From Octopus bimaculoides (lineage: Eukaryota), in contig NC_068982.1 in the NCBI RefSeq assembly GCF_001194135.2, positions 34,311,730 through 34,375,729 of the forward strand: 64,000 nt of DNA, given 5' to 3'. Shown here one piece after another: positions 1 through 13,001 of the stretch. Positions within the stretch are counted from its first letter, which is position 1; each line of letters starts with the position of its first letter. The translations under genes were made by a program, and so were the position numbers. The notes under the pieces are model-generated. The model made no database searches. It saw only the letters and a program-made list of their open reading frames with translations, and was not told the DNA's origin.

Positions 1-320
1 GCACACGGTGGTAGAACCATCTCACAGCAACTCCATTTCTCTCTGGCTCATGTAACCTTAGATCACTGGCAAACTCAGTTCTTGAGAGAAGAAATCATCC
101 TCACACTTCACTTCTTGCTGGCACTGTGTTTGAGACCTGCTTATGGAGTGAGTGCTTCAAAGCAATATCCTCCATTCACTTTTGCTCAAAGATACTGTCT
201 GTACTTGATAGCCTCTCTCCATGATGTATGGCTTCCTGCCAATGTTTCCTGTACTCAAAAAACCCCGTCCTCCACTGCAGATGTTAAGGCTGCATTCCCT
301 GGTGAAGAAGATTGACCTAC
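1..320 (-). mobile_element. Degraded LINE ORF2 C-terminal remnant (RTE-like)
   Basis: Minus-strand frames give ...EYRKHWQEAIHHGERLSSTDSIFEQK*MEDIALKHSLHKQ and a decayed ...LSRTEFASDLRLHE, resembling the W..AIHHG...FE...K-rich...zinc-finger end of RTE-type ORF2. Several stops and frame changes. Confidence 0.35.
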
Positions 321-334
321 AAGAATCCTGTGCC

Positions 335-585
335 CAGGCCACGTAAATAGCACTTGCATTGGTGCCACGTAAAAAACACTTGTGCCAGTGCCACATGAAA
401 GTGCTCATGCTGGTGGCATGTTAAAAGCACCCAACACACTCTGTAAAGTGGTTGGAGTTAGGAAGGGCATCCAGTCAAAGAAACCAAGCCAAATTGGACT
501 GGGACCTGGTGTAGCTGCCCAGCTCTGGTCAAACTGTCTAACCCATGCAAACATGGAAAACGGACATTAAAGGATGATGATGAAG
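335..585 (+). mobile_element. 3' end of RTE-type LINE (or RTE-tailed SINE) with (GAT)n tail
   Basis: Repeated ggtgccacgtaaaaa-type units, gttggagttaggaagggcatccag, ending cggacattaaaggatgatgatga. Same family in reverse at 19890, 21410 and 38403. Confidence 0.7.
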
Positions 586-789
586 CTTTAAAGTTGCCTT
601 TTATGACATACTTAAACTGTTTCCCAGGTTTATGCTGAGGTTTTTTCCCTCTGATCAGTTCCCCCATAAAATATCCGTTTTGGCAGCTTCTCATCCATCT
701 CTCCATCTTTCATACATACATACATTTCAAAAAAAAGTTTTCTCAAATTAAAAATCATTAATTGTATAAAATTCATTCAACATCAAAAT

Positions 790-815
790 GAAGTGACAAC
801 AGATGACTATATACA

Positions 816-864
<49 letters not shown>

Positions 865-929
865 GTGTGTGTGTGTATGTATATGTGTGTGTGTGTGTAT
901 GTGTATATCTATCTATCTATCTATCTATC

Positions 930-983
<54 letters not shown>

Positions 984-1073
984 TGTATGTATATATATTT
1001 ATAGGCGGTGCTCCAGCATGGCTGCAGTATGTACATATGTATATATATGTATATGTATATGTATATATGTATA

Positions 1074-1116
<43 letters not shown>

Positions 1117-1222
1117 ATATGTATGAGAAAAAATAAGGTATTCAGAGATCTGGATGGTTGTACATATACATATGTATGTATATATATATATATGTGTGTG
1201 CGTGCATGTACATATGTATGTG

Positions 1223-1265
<43 letters not shown>

Positions 1266-1290
1266 ATACACATGCACACACACACACAAC
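790..1290. repeat. Compound (AT)n/(GT)n/(ATGT)n/(ATCT)n microsatellite block
   Basis: Directly visible; source of the YIYI-type spurious ORFs. Confidence 0.95.
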
Positions 1291-2028
1291 TGATTCCTCA
1301 TTAAGATTTGGTCAACCTAAGGCTATATTGTAGAAGACACTTGTTAAGTCTCATCTCAACCCTAGCAGAGCAAACTTATGAAAGGGATTTCTATCCATTT
1401 ATTTTATAAACACCACAGTGTGATTGAAAAGATATGTGGTTGCTATTTCTTGCAGATGAAATTACCACATAAAAGCTCCTTTATTGGCTCAAGCCACTGC
1501 AGGAGTCTCTATGCAACTGCCCAATATGCTAGAAATAGCAACCAGAGGGATAATGGTGAAACCATTGGTGCAATGGAAGCAGATTAGCTCAGAACTAATT
1601 AAAGAACTACTTGCATAGAACAACAACACTGTTGTAGCAAGTTAATAGTCTATTAAGGAAAGAGTTTTCTTTAATTATACACATTGATTCATAAGTGAGT
1701 TGTCAGTAAGCATAGTATATATAACTATGTACATGCACACATGTAAACCTGTACATGGGATACATATATATATATATATTACTAATATAACAGACTATGG
1801 TATGGAACCTGGTGTGTCCACTGGGTTTATAATAGAAGATAGATTTGCCTAAGGTACCACACACACACAAACATGTCATGCAAAATGCTTAGTGGCATTC
1901 TGCCTGTCTTTACACCCTGGGCTGATTTTGCCTTTCATCCTTTTGGGCTGGATAAAATTGACTAGCCCCTTCCCCACAAAATTCAGGCCTTGTGCCCATA
2001 ATAGAAAGGACATGTGTGTGTGTGTGTG

Positions 2029-2079
<51 letters not shown>

Positions 2080-3092
2080 AAGAGAGACTTTTGAGAAAAA
2101 TAATTGCATATATTTCGTTAAAACAAAAGGCTACAAAAGATTTAATAATTAAAGGGAGGTTAAATGTCACAAAAGACAACACCTTTACAATAAGTACCTA
2201 GTAATATTTATAATATAAATAGCAAGGATAGGAGGCAGGAAGAGGAAGAGGCTAACGTGAGAAAAGTTTAAGATGAAGAAGTGGATCAAAAAAGGTAAAG
2301 TAAAAAAATGAGAAATAATGATATGAAAAAGAAAAAGAAAATCAAAAATAGTACACAGACAGAAGAGAAAGAGCAACAGGAAAAAGAAGATATAATAGAA
2401 ACTTAAGAGGAATAAGAACAAGATTCAAAGATAAAAACAGGAGTAGCAAAATGAAGAATAGAAAAAAAAAGGACTCAAAAAGAAAACACTAACAAGACAA
2501 AGGAGGAGTAGGAAAAAAAAAGGAGTAGAAGAAAGGGGAGTGGAAGAAGGAGTAGGAGAAGACCAAGAGCATACTAACAAGTCTAAAAGAAACTAAAAAC
2601 AAACAAAAAAAACACCAATTATCCTTCCAGGTTCTGTGGACAGTGGAGTAGAAAAATCAGTATATCACAAAGTTAAAAGCGCGACGGGGGTGGGGGGGGG
2701 GAGATAAAAAAGAAATAAAAAGCAGAGAGACACCATGAAGACAGTAGTGGTAACCAGAAAAACATTAACATCTGTATGACCATGATACAACATAATAAAA
2801 GTCAATGTGCCAGTTTAGCTATGAATAAAACAATTTTTTGTAGCTGAGACACACAGTAGCTGAAATGTGGTGTGATTTATATGACATAAGAATCCAAAGT
2901 GAGGAAATGAAATTCAGCTCCAGTAATTAATTGCAATCCGTCTATTAGAGAGTAAGGCGAGAATAGCAATAGCTAGGCTGTGCCAAGCTATATTTATTAA
3001 GGTCAATGTTCTTACATAGATTTCACAGTAACATTGTCTCTTACACTGATATATCTCTTTATAAGTATTACTTACTATCTGTTTTGTTGCTT

Positions 3093-3137
<45 letters not shown>

Positions 3138-4110
3138 TAAATATATAGGGATTGACAGTAACCTGCTTCTCCAACATACTGAGAATTCAGAAATAGCAGT
3201 CAAAGAACTACTGATTNNNNNNNNNNNNNNNNNNNNNNNNNNNNNNNNNNNNNNNNNNNNNNNNNNNNNNNNNNNNNNNNNNNNNNNNNNNNNNNNNNNN
3301 NNNNNNNNNNNNNNNNNNNNNNNNNNNNNNNNNNNNNNNNNNNNNNNNNNNNNNNNNNNNNNNNNNNNNNNNNNNNNNNNNNNNNNNNNNNNNNNNNNNN
3401 NNNNNNNNNNNNNNNNNNNNNNNNNNNNNNNNNNNNNNNNNNNNNNNNNNNNNNNNNNNNNNNNNNNNNNNNNNNNNNNNNNNNNNNNNNNNNNNNNNNN
3501 NNNNNNNNNNNNNNNNNNNNNNNNNNNNNNNNNNNNNNNNNNNNNNNNNNNNNNNNNNNNNNNNNNNNNNNNNNNNNNNNNNNNNNNNNNNNNNNNNNNN
3601 NNNNNNNNNNNNNNNNNNNNNNNNNNNNNNNNNNNNNNNNNNNNNNNNNNNNNNNNNNNNNNNNNNNNNNNNNNNNNNNNNNNNNNNNNNNNNNNNNNNN
3701 NNNNNNNNNNNNNNNNNNNNNNNNNNNNNNNNNNNNNNNNNNNNNNNNNNNNNNNNNNNNNNNNNNNNNNNNNNNNNNNNNNNNNNNNNNNNNNNNNNNN
3801 NNNNNNNNNNNNNNNNNNNNNNNNNNNNNNNNNNNNNNNNNNNNNNNNNNNNNNNNNNNNNNNNNNNNNNNNNNNNNNNNNNNNNNNNNNNNNNNNNNNN
3901 NNNNNNNNNNNNNNNNNNNNNNNNNNNNNNNNNNNNNNNNNNNNNNNNNNNNNNNNNNNNNNNNNNNNNNNNNNNNNNNNNNNNNNNNNNNNNNNNNNNN
4001 NNNNNNNNNNNNNNNNNNNNNNNNNNNNNNNNNNNNNNNNNNNNNNNNNNNNNNNNNNNNNNNNNNNNNNNNNNNNNNNNNNNNNNNNNNNNNNNNNNNN
4101 NNNNNNNNNN

Positions 4111-4155
<45 letters not shown>

Positions 4156-4299
4156 CTTGTGCTTAGTACAACCTGCACTAAAGAGTGTTGGAATATATTG
4201 GAATTAGTTTAGTTCAGGCAGAAGTCAGAATAAGCCACAACTAGTTTTGAAACTTCTTTCAAAATGCTTTCATTATGCACAGTATTGGTATATAGGTCA

Positions 4300-4645
4300 A
4301 GGTGCATGGCTCAGTGGTTAGAGTGTCGGATTCACAATCACGAGGTAGTGAGTTTGATTCCCAGACCAGGCTGTATGTTGTGTTCTTGAGCAAGACACTT
4401 TATTTCACGTTGCTCCAGTTCACTCAGCTGTAGAAATGAGTTGTGACATCACTGGTGCCAAGCTGTATCGGCCTTCGCCCTTTCCCTTGGATAACATCAG
4501 TGGCATAGGCAGGGGAGGTTAATATGCATGGGTGGCTGCTGGTCTCCCATAAACAACCTTGTCTGGATTTGTGCCTCAGAGGGTAACTTAGTAGGTACAA
4601 TCCCATGGTCATTCATGAACGAAGGCGGTCTTTATCCTTTACCCT
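4300..4645 (+). mobile_element. tRNA-derived SINE with conserved central domain (family C)
   Basis: tRNA-like head ggtgcatggctcagtggttagagt...gagtttgattccc followed by gtgttcttgagcaagacactttatttcacgttgctccag. Related copy on the minus strand at 60655-60985. Confidence 0.75.
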
Positions 4646-4649
4646 TATA

Positions 4650-4865
4650 TTGCTTTCAAATTTTTGCACAAGACCAGCAATTTCCAGGGAAGGGCTAAGT
4701 TGATTACATTGACTTCAGTACTTAACTGGTACTTATCTTATTGACCCTGAAAGGATGACAGGCAAAGTTGACCACAGTGGAATTTGAACTCAGAATGTGA
4801 AGACGGATGAAATGCTGCTAAGCATTTTACCTGGCATGCTAATAATTCTGCCAGCTAACCACCTT
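4650..4865 (-). mobile_element. Octopus-type tRNA-derived SINE (family A, head ggtggtgagctggcagaatcgttagcac)
   Basis: Reverse complement matches the many family-A copies (gttctgagttcaaattc...gactttgcctttcatcct...aataagtaccagtt); CpGs largely decayed. Confidence 0.8.
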
Positions 4866-4953
4866 ATACACAGTATTATATTAACTGTAAAGAAAATTAT
4901 TTGGAAGTTGAAATGAAAAAAAGTAGACAGAGAGGGCCTGGACTAAACCTTAC

Positions 4954-5001
4954 CATCTGAGTTAACTTCTTTCATATTTCTGGTCTTCATAAAATAAGTT
5001 C
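4954..5001 (-). CDS. Candidate 48-nt internal exon of the BNIP3-family gene (phase 1-1 reading G-TYFMKTRNMKEVNSD-G)
   Basis: Strong acceptor gggtatgctttacag|G and donor ATG|gtaagg on the gene strand; length a multiple of 3; only one frame is open. No intervening phase 2-to-1 exon was found to connect it to exon 2. Confidence 0.35.
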
Positions 5002-6283
5002 CTGTAAAGCATACCCAAACACAGAATTTCAAAACATTACTGATGTTTGTTCCCCTTAATTTATTCCTTTATTCTTTTATTTGTTCCAGTTTTGGTGGCA
5101 ATGGTGGGGTACCACCTTAAAAGGTGCTTTTTAGTTGAACAAATTGACCCCAGTACTTATGTTTAATCATGTACTTATTCTATTGCTCTCTTCTTGCTGA
5201 ATCATTAAGTAACAAGGACATGAACAAACTAACACCAGTTGTTAAGTGATGGACAACAACAACAAAACAATTTTTGTAATACTTATTCAAATGTAATACT
5301 TATTCACACACAAAATGGGCCTTCATGCAGTTTCTGCTATGGTTAGCTCAAAACAATGTGGGTGAATAAGTATTACTTTTAACAGAATAATCAGAATGCT
5401 AAAGGGTTAAAAGATTTGGGAACATGTGGCTTTTTGTAACATTTTTTGAAATGTAACATAGTAAAATGTGACAATGTCATTAACTGACTCAGCAAGGAAA
5501 TATTGATATTATCTTCAAAGTATTAAAAGACTAATGTTAGGGTGAACTAAAGATTAAAGATAGGCTCATGCAGTGACAAGTCATATATGTTTAGCAAGTT
5601 TTGTTTTAAAAGGAGAAATATTAACCAATGAGAGACTGCTTTGTATTTGTTACGGAAATGTTTACATTCAATAACTTATAGATTTTTAACATGGTAGTTT
5701 CCTGATTTCTGGCAGATTGTCAAGAAAATGTAACTATAAATGTACAGGATGCACTGGAGTAGCTAATAAGACGAGCATTTTTTGACTGAAAGTTTATGAA
5801 AGCGATTTTATAGACTCACTGCAAGTAGTAGATAAGGTTTATTTATTTATGATGTAATGCAATTAGTACTAGTATAATGCAATTAGTACTAGTATGAAAG
5901 TGTTGAGCTGATGTTTCAAGAACTACCATTTTTATTGGAAACAAAGGCTGGAATCAGTGTGGGTGCTTCTATGGCTTTCTGAATCTGCTAGAAATAACAG
6001 CCAAATCCCTCTCTGATCAAAGGTGTTAAAGCTATGATCATACCATCTATTTTCAAAGCATACTATATTTAGGACAACATCATCTAGCATCTCTTTTTTT
6101 TCTAAATGGTAGGATATCATCTGAAAGAAATAAGGCTGCTATTTTCAGCAAGTTGAGTGACCATGTAGATGTTCTCTAGTTGCTTCATTCAATATTATGA
6201 ATAAATATTTGATTAAAATTTTTCCATGATTGTTTTCTAATGGTTGTTTTTTTTTAGTTAGGGCACATGGCCTTTTACACTAA

Positions 6284-6323
<40 letters not shown>

Positions 6324-6949
6324 GTTCTGAGACTTAACTGAGTCACCTTCAATCTAGTTGAGGCGTCACAAGTCTCCTTGGTGGTAAGGATGGCTCAGTG
6401 TGGAGTTCTTGGGGAGACTTTTAGATGTGGGCAGTAGTTTCCACAACTTAAATAGATGATGACATGGGCTAAATGCAAGTGTGCGTCTGTATGTGTGTAT
6501 ATGTATACAGTCATCATCATTTTAATGTCCATTTTTATAGTTGCCTCAACAAAACTTTGAGGCAGAATTTTCTATAGCCGAATGCACTTCTTGTCATCAA
6601 TTGTCACCTATTCCAAGTAAGGTAATATTTACTCTGGTCTTTTGAAGAATGAACAGCTCAATAAGGGAAAATACTTTCATAGAGAATTGCAAACAAAGGA
6701 CACCATTTGAATGACAATGACTATTGTTTGCACTAAGTGCATTCATGTCAGGACAAGGGGAAACACATAATCTTCCAGTTTCTATTTATCAAATTCCACA
6801 CAGAAAGCATTGTAGAAAGTCACCATCCAATAGTGTCCATGTAGTGGGTATGAACCATAAACCATGTGGTTTTAAATCAAATTTCTTAATTACATAGTCA
6901 TGTGACCCCAACCCCGTCTCTTTCTCTCTCTTTCTATACTCTCTCTCTC

Positions 6950-7295
6950 TTTACTCTTTTACTTGTTTCAGTCATTTGACTGCGGCCATGCTGGAGCACC
7001 GCCTTTAGTCGAGCAAATCGACCCCAGGACTTATTCTTTGGAAGCCTAGTACTTATTCTATCGGTCTCTTTTGCTGAACCGCTAAGTTACGGGGACGTAA
7101 ACACACCACCATCGGTTGCCAAGCGATGTTGGGGGGACAAACACAGACACACAAACATACACACATACATACATATATATATATACATATATACGACGGG
7201 CTTCTTTCAGTTTCCATCTACCAAATCCACTCACAAGGCTTTGGTCGGCCCGAGGCTATAGTGGAAGACACTTGCCCAAGGTGCCACGCAGTGGG
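6950..7295 (-). mobile_element. Octopus-type SINE family B (tRNA head, central microsatellite, tail ...cagtcaaatgactgaaacaagtaaaaga), young copy
   Basis: Near-identical to the copy at 49225-49517; retains CpGs; 5' head truncated at an (AT)n run. Confidence 0.85.
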
Positions 7296-7408
7296 AATGA
7301 ATATATATATATATATATATAAGTCAGTAAATGGTGGGGTTGTGTTAACTGCACATGGAGAAATGATAGGAAAGGAAAAAGTATAAACACCTTTCACACT
7401 GCAATTGT

Positions 7409-7441
<33 letters not shown>

Positions 7442-8792
7442 GGAGAATATACAAAAAATAACAACAGACGAGGACAGGTGGTGTAAATAACAAAAGTATA
7501 TATTAGTATGACGCTCGGGAATACGGAAAGTCTTTGACGTTTCGAGCTACGCTCTTCAATACACATTATTAATTCTCTACTTGGCCAGTTTGTTTCCATG
7601 CAAAGATTATATTTTCAAGAATATAATTTTCTTTATTTTTGCCTGTCATTTCTTTTCTGTTTGGAATCAGAATGTATTTTAAGAAACAGAAAACAAAAGA
7701 TAAGACAGACTGAAGAATTTTTTAAACCTAAATATAATTCAGCAGCTACTGTATAATATATGTAAACAAATAACTACCATGTTTCATAAAAGAGTTTAAG
7801 AATCTAGACTACGGACAACTAGACTACTGAGAGTGGAAGTATAAAATCAAACGCTTGCATGTTTGTCTCAGATATGTCTAGCGAAAAATAAATGCCATTC
7901 GTATGAGGTTAACATTAGTAAAGGGAGGGGATCAAGGTTATTAAACACATGTGCCAACAATTCAAAAGCAAATAGGCAAATGTCCAAATTTACAGTCAAA
8001 TTTGCACAAATATCACAACTATGCTAATTGCTAACTTTTAGCAGAAAAAATTTTATGAGCATAGATACAAAAAAAAAATGAAAACAGAAAAATTGCTTGA
8101 TATATAAAGTATTAAAATTTTTTTTGTGAAAATAATTCTTGAAATGTAGTGCAAATTTATCATTTTTAAAAGGCGATTGGTCAGTATTGTGTTATTCTTT
8201 TGGATTCTAAAGATTGCTATAAAATGCAGAATTGATAAAGCATTGGAAATAACACCTTGTAGCAGTGGTCCCTAATGTTTTTTGTATCAATGACCAATTT
8301 CATGCAAAACAATTTTTCCATGGACCATGGGATCACATGCATAACAAAATACAATAAAATGCACAATATATAATTTAATTATTATTTATATAATACATAT
8401 ACATGATATATATAATACAAAAGCACTCTGTATATTGCTATAGGCAATAGAAATAGAATTAAAAAATTTATTCTTTCTAAGCAGCCTGGCACCAAATAAC
8501 CCAGAGCCTCATAAGGTCTGTGGTCTGGTGGTTGAGAACATTTGCCTTACAGTCTGATTTTGAATTCCTTCTTCTGTGGTCAATAAAATAAGTACTGAGT
8601 GGGTACCCGGGTGTCAATTTTAATAGACTAAAATCCCTCCCATCAAATTTGGAACCTTGTGCCTATGTCAGAAATCAAAAAATTACAAAAACAAATCTAT
8701 GAATATACTGATTAGTTTACCTTTAATAACCAATGCTAAATAATCAAACAATAATTAAATAGTAGCCCGCACTACTATAAATATTGACTTAC

Positions 8793-8952
8793 CTGCCTCT
8801 GTTAGATGATACTGCACTATTTGCTTGTGAAGAAGAACATGATTCCTGCTGGGCTTCCATAAGCAATTTCTCCATATTACCATTATGAATAGATTCAGAA
8901 AATGTGTCTGTGTCTGCTGGCAGTGACTGGTGGCATAATTCTACCCAAGAAC
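8793..8952 (-). CDS. BNIP3: BNIP3/NIX-family mitophagy receptor, coding exon 2: (G)SWVELCHQSLPADTDTFSESIHNGNMEKLLMEAQQESCSSSQANSAVSSNRG(S)
   Basis: Acceptor tttccacacag|GT and donor CAG|gtaagt; 160 nt, phase 1 to phase 2. Carries the LIR core SWVEL and NGNMEKLLMEAQQES, matching human NGDMEKILLDAQHES. Intron phases agree with my recollection of vertebrate BNIP3 exon 2. One invertebrate orthologue of BNIP3/BNIP3L is likely. Confidence 0.93.
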
Positions 8953-9164
8953 CTGTGTGGAAATATAATTGAACAGTTCAACTTAGTAAGGCTAATTTAG
9001 AAGTACAAGTTTCATTATATTCCATAACATTTTTATAAGCAAGAAGGTGGTGTTTAGTACATAAATCAGTCATAATCAAGTAGACCTATGGTCAAAGACA
9101 TTCTAGCTGTGACCTACCTGACTTTTTTCCCAGGTGGTAATGTTTCTTTTTCTTTTTTTTTATG

Positions 9165-10452
9165 TTGGTATCTTTTATCTTTTACTTTTTTCAGTCACTA
9201 GACTGTGGCCATACAGAGGCACTGCCTTGAAGAGATTTAGCTGAATGAATCAACCCAAGCACTTATTTTTTAAGGCTAGTACTTAATCTATCAGTCCCCT
9301 TTGCCAAACTGCTAAGTTACAGGGATGTAAACACACTAACACTGGTTGTGAAGTAGTGGTGGGGGACAAACAAAGACACACACATGTATATATATATATA
9401 TATATATATATAAATGATGGGCTTCTCAAAATTGTCATCTCTCTCTCTCTCTCTCTCTCAAATACCATGTCTCACTCCCATGCGGCATTGCAGCTCTCAC
9501 TCAACTATAGACCTTTCCTTTTGTCGTCAATGAGAACCTTTTCCCATATAATAATGCTCCACATTCCTTGAACTTCACCCAGCCAAGTCTCGCTCTTGCT
9601 ATCACAGCTGCTTCACCTCCACCACTTACATCCACTCTATCTCTCAAATAACAAGACCCTCTCACCATTTCCCATCACACAGTGTTTCCACTGACTTTGC
9701 CAGCCCTCCAGCTCCTTTCTCACATCTTCCACAAACAAACTCACTTGCCAGTCTTGGGGTCGCCTTCTTCATTTTTGTACATCTTCTTTGAATCCATTTC
9801 TCACATCTCCTACACAACACCGCATTTGCCATTACCCTCCTCCCACGTATACCACATGGATCTACCTTACTCACTAACACTTCTCCTTCCACCCCACTTA
9901 CATCACCTTGGGACTGGTGAGAGATATGCGTGGCATGAGGCTGTTTGATAAGAGGAGGACTGAAGACTTGATTGGGATGCTGGGGTTAGAGGAATCAGTG
10001 GAATAGCTGGCAAGGGTGAATGGAGAGTGGTGGTAAAGCATGTGTTGAGAAGTGGATGAGGAGCATGTTCTGAAGAGGGTGCTAGAGTTTGAGGTGAATT
10101 GATGGCAAAAGTGAGGTAGACAGAGGAAAATGTGGAAGGGACAGGTGGAGGAGGAGATTGGGAGGGTTGGCTTGAGAAGGGAGGACATCCAAAACCAGGC
10201 AAGATGGTGAGATGGTGTGAGGGCAGTTGCTATGGCATTGAGGTAGATCTGGGCCCCATTAGAGGGGACAAAACCCAGATTCAAATTATGATTGGCTTCA
10301 TCCAGTTTCTATCTACTAAATCCATTCACAAGGGCTTTGGTTGGTCCAAAGCTATAGCAGAGGACACTTGTCCAAGATGTCATGCAGTGGGACTGAACCT
10401 GGAACCTTGTGGTTGAGAAGCAAACTTCCTACCACACAGCCATACCTGCACC
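9165..10452 (-). mobile_element. SINE family B split into a 3' half (9165-9425) and 5' half (10288-10452) by an RTE insertion
   Basis: The two halves are collinear with the intact copy at 6950-7295 once 9426-10287 is removed. Confidence 0.8.
9426..10287. mobile_element. 5'-truncated, 5'-inverted RTE-clade LINE fragment with ~12 bp TSD
   Basis: 9426-9911 (minus): KVM..GEVLVSKVDPCGIRGRRVMANAVLCRRCEKWIQRRC...VCGRCE (Cys-rich PHD-like), then CYLRDRVDVSGGGEAAVIARARLGWVKFKECG...GSETWY..EMTILR. 9912-10287 (plus): LVRDMRGMRLFDKRRTEDLIGMLGLEE...HVLKRVLEFEV... to the element end. Flanks atgatgggcttc (9414-9425) and atgattggcttc (10288-10299). Confidence 0.85.
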
Positions 10453-11838
10453 TATAGTAGGGTGTAATTTGAAAAAAAAAAAAAGCTATTACTTCCTGTA
10501 GGTCAAGCAGCCATATAAAAGCTTCCTGGCCAACTCATATATTAAGTTTATAGAGGTTTTAACAACCAACATAGAATTTATACTGATTCAAGAATGTCTG
10601 AGTAGAAAAATTATGTTTCAGAGATTCTTAAGTAAAATGTTAGTTTGAATTTACTTATAAACCAGACATTTATCAGGTATCTTCCCTAATAGATGTGCAT
10701 ATTATTCATACTTAACATTTACCATCTATTCAGACACCACAGCAACATGTACTTTTTCAAGCCAACGAGGCAGGCATCTATATGGTCACTTAAACAGCTA
10801 GAAATAGCTGCCAAATATCTTTCAAATTACACCCTCTGTCTAAAAAACATTTAAAAAGATAAAATAATACATGCCTTAAGTATTACGACTTACTAACTCA
10901 ATAGCTTATTCGTCATAAAAATGAAAATAAATTCCAGACAGTTTCACAGCATTTGTGTTGTGCAGTTGCATAAATTGTAAGCAAAGCTTGAAGATTCAAG
11001 GTCAAACTAAAACATTATTATTTCAATTGAGAAAAATAATTTTGTGTGTGTGTGTGTGTATATGTGTGTTTTGTTTCGTAATATAACAAAAATCTCACAG
11101 ACATTTACAATAAAACAGTGACAGAACATAAAACAAAATCTCTGGTTTGAATTTGAATGAGACCAAAGTTCCACCATTGGTAAAAATGGTCAAAAAGTGA
11201 TTATCTGAAGAAATTAAGTATTTTAGTTATTATTCTCAATGTAAAACTACTTCAAAAGTATTTAGCATTCTGAGTGCATCTTTTTTGCATCTTCTCGGAA
11301 ATTAGATTTGGCATTAATAATTACTTTAGCTATACTCCATCATTCCACTTAATTAAAGGTCTGTCAATTAATTCGGAACATTTTGCACATGTAAGCATGC
11401 TTCGAACTATTCAACTGGCTCTGTCTACTTCTCCAATCATTGGGTATTTGATACCCTTAATATGACTGTGAGGAGTTTGCAGGGGGTGAATGGAAAGGAA
11501 TATAATCCTGATTATGGCATGTGATAGTCAGCGCGTTAGCAATGGTTTCATGCTGACTATTGCACCTGGCAAACTTTTACTCTGAGTTTCATGTAACTGA
11601 TCGTCAGACAGAAGTGAACTTTTAGAACACACCTATGGTTTTATCATAAACCATTATAAACCATTATATTGTTCCATAAGTTTCCTTCTGACAGATGATT
11701 AGTGGTAGGAAAGTTGGAGTAACAGCTTGAAAAAATTTTCAGCTTTAAAAAAACACTACATTTCATTCTTTCTTTAATATTTGAGGAGGTACTATTTTCT
11801 CCATCTTCATTTGTACCTATGCTCACATCTCTCTTTCT

Positions 11839-11886
<48 letters not shown>

Positions 11887-11898
11887 TATATATATACA

Positions 11899-11941
<43 letters not shown>

Positions 11942-12341
11942 GTAAAAGAGAAAGAAAGACAGTTAGAGAGGGTGTATATAGTAATGTATACATTAGATAA
12001 ACATCATGGCTAGATATGTTTATACCAAAGACTAGAAACAAAGGACTTGTATATTTGTAAGCCGGTGATACTTGTTTATAAGTATCTCATGACGTCAAGA
12101 CAAGGAGATACAAACAAATACACACATATATACACACACGTGTGTGTGTGCATGTATACACATACACATACACATATGTGTGCACACATACACATGCACA
12201 TTTGATAAGCTTCTTTCAGTTTCCATCGACCAAATCCACATAAAGACTGTTTTGACCTAGGTCTAAAGAAGAAGACACTTACCCAAAAAGCTATGTAGTG
12301 AGAAACTATGTGGTTAAGAAGTAAACTTCTTAACTAAACAG

Positions 12342-12377
<36 letters not shown>

Positions 12378-12439
12378 ATTATTATTATTATTATTACTAT
12401 TACTATTATTATTATTATTAATATTATTATTATTATTGA

Positions 12440-12968
12440 CAAGGTGGTAAGCTGGCAGAATCATTAGCATGCTGGGTGAAATGCTCAGCAGTATTCTGTC
12501 TGCTGCTACGTTCTGAGTTCAAATTCTGCTGAGGTCGACTTTGCTTTTCATCCTTTTGGGGTCGATAAATTAAGTACCAGTTGCATACTGGAGTTGATCT
12601 AATCGACTGGCCCCTTCCCCAAAAATTTCGGGCTTTGGGCCTAGAGTAGAAAAGAATAAGTTAAGTACCAGTCAAGTACTGGGGTCAATATTATTGAATT
12701 ACTCCTTCCCCAAAATTTCAGGCTATAAAAATAGACACTGGGGTTGATGTGTAAGAAGTGGCCAATTGGCAGAATCGTTAACATGCTGTGCAATATGCTT
12801 AGCAGCATTTTCATCTGTCTTTACATTCTGAGTTCAAAATCTGCCAAGGCTGACTTTGCCTTTCATCCTTTTGGGGTTAATGAAATAGGTGCCAGTTTGG
12901 CACTGGGGCTGATGTAATCCCTGACAATGTTGGCCTTGTGCCAAGATTTGAAACCATCATCACCATTA

Positions 12969-13001
<33 letters not shown>

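Noticed and set aside
1-316. Possible downstream BNIP3 exon after ttgtag at 317
   Set aside because: No WxWDWSSRP, HP or transmembrane motif in any frame, stops in all frames, and a better fit to a decayed LINE C-terminus.
793-1301. YIYI/VCVC/RERE/HHHH-rich ORFs throughout the track
   Set aside because: Translations of di-, tri- and tetranucleotide microsatellites.
3034-4212. Long ORFs spanning N-runs (also ~19.4-19.8, 22.3-22.8, 30.5-31.5, 39.4-40.0, 49.4-50.2, 54.5-54.9 and 61.4-62.4 kb)
   Set aside because: Their length comes from X residues in assembly gaps; they are not evidence of coding sequence.
4300-4375. tRNA genes (here and at the heads of family A, B and C elements)
   Set aside because: A/B-box-like heads run straight into SINE bodies and lack a complete cloverleaf with a paired acceptor stem.
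6347-6468. Candidate BNIP3 exon 3 (acceptor tttag|CCC; SPRTPH in one frame)
   Set aside because: All three frames stop before the donor, and SPRTPH is not in the phase required by exon 2 and is followed at once by TGA.
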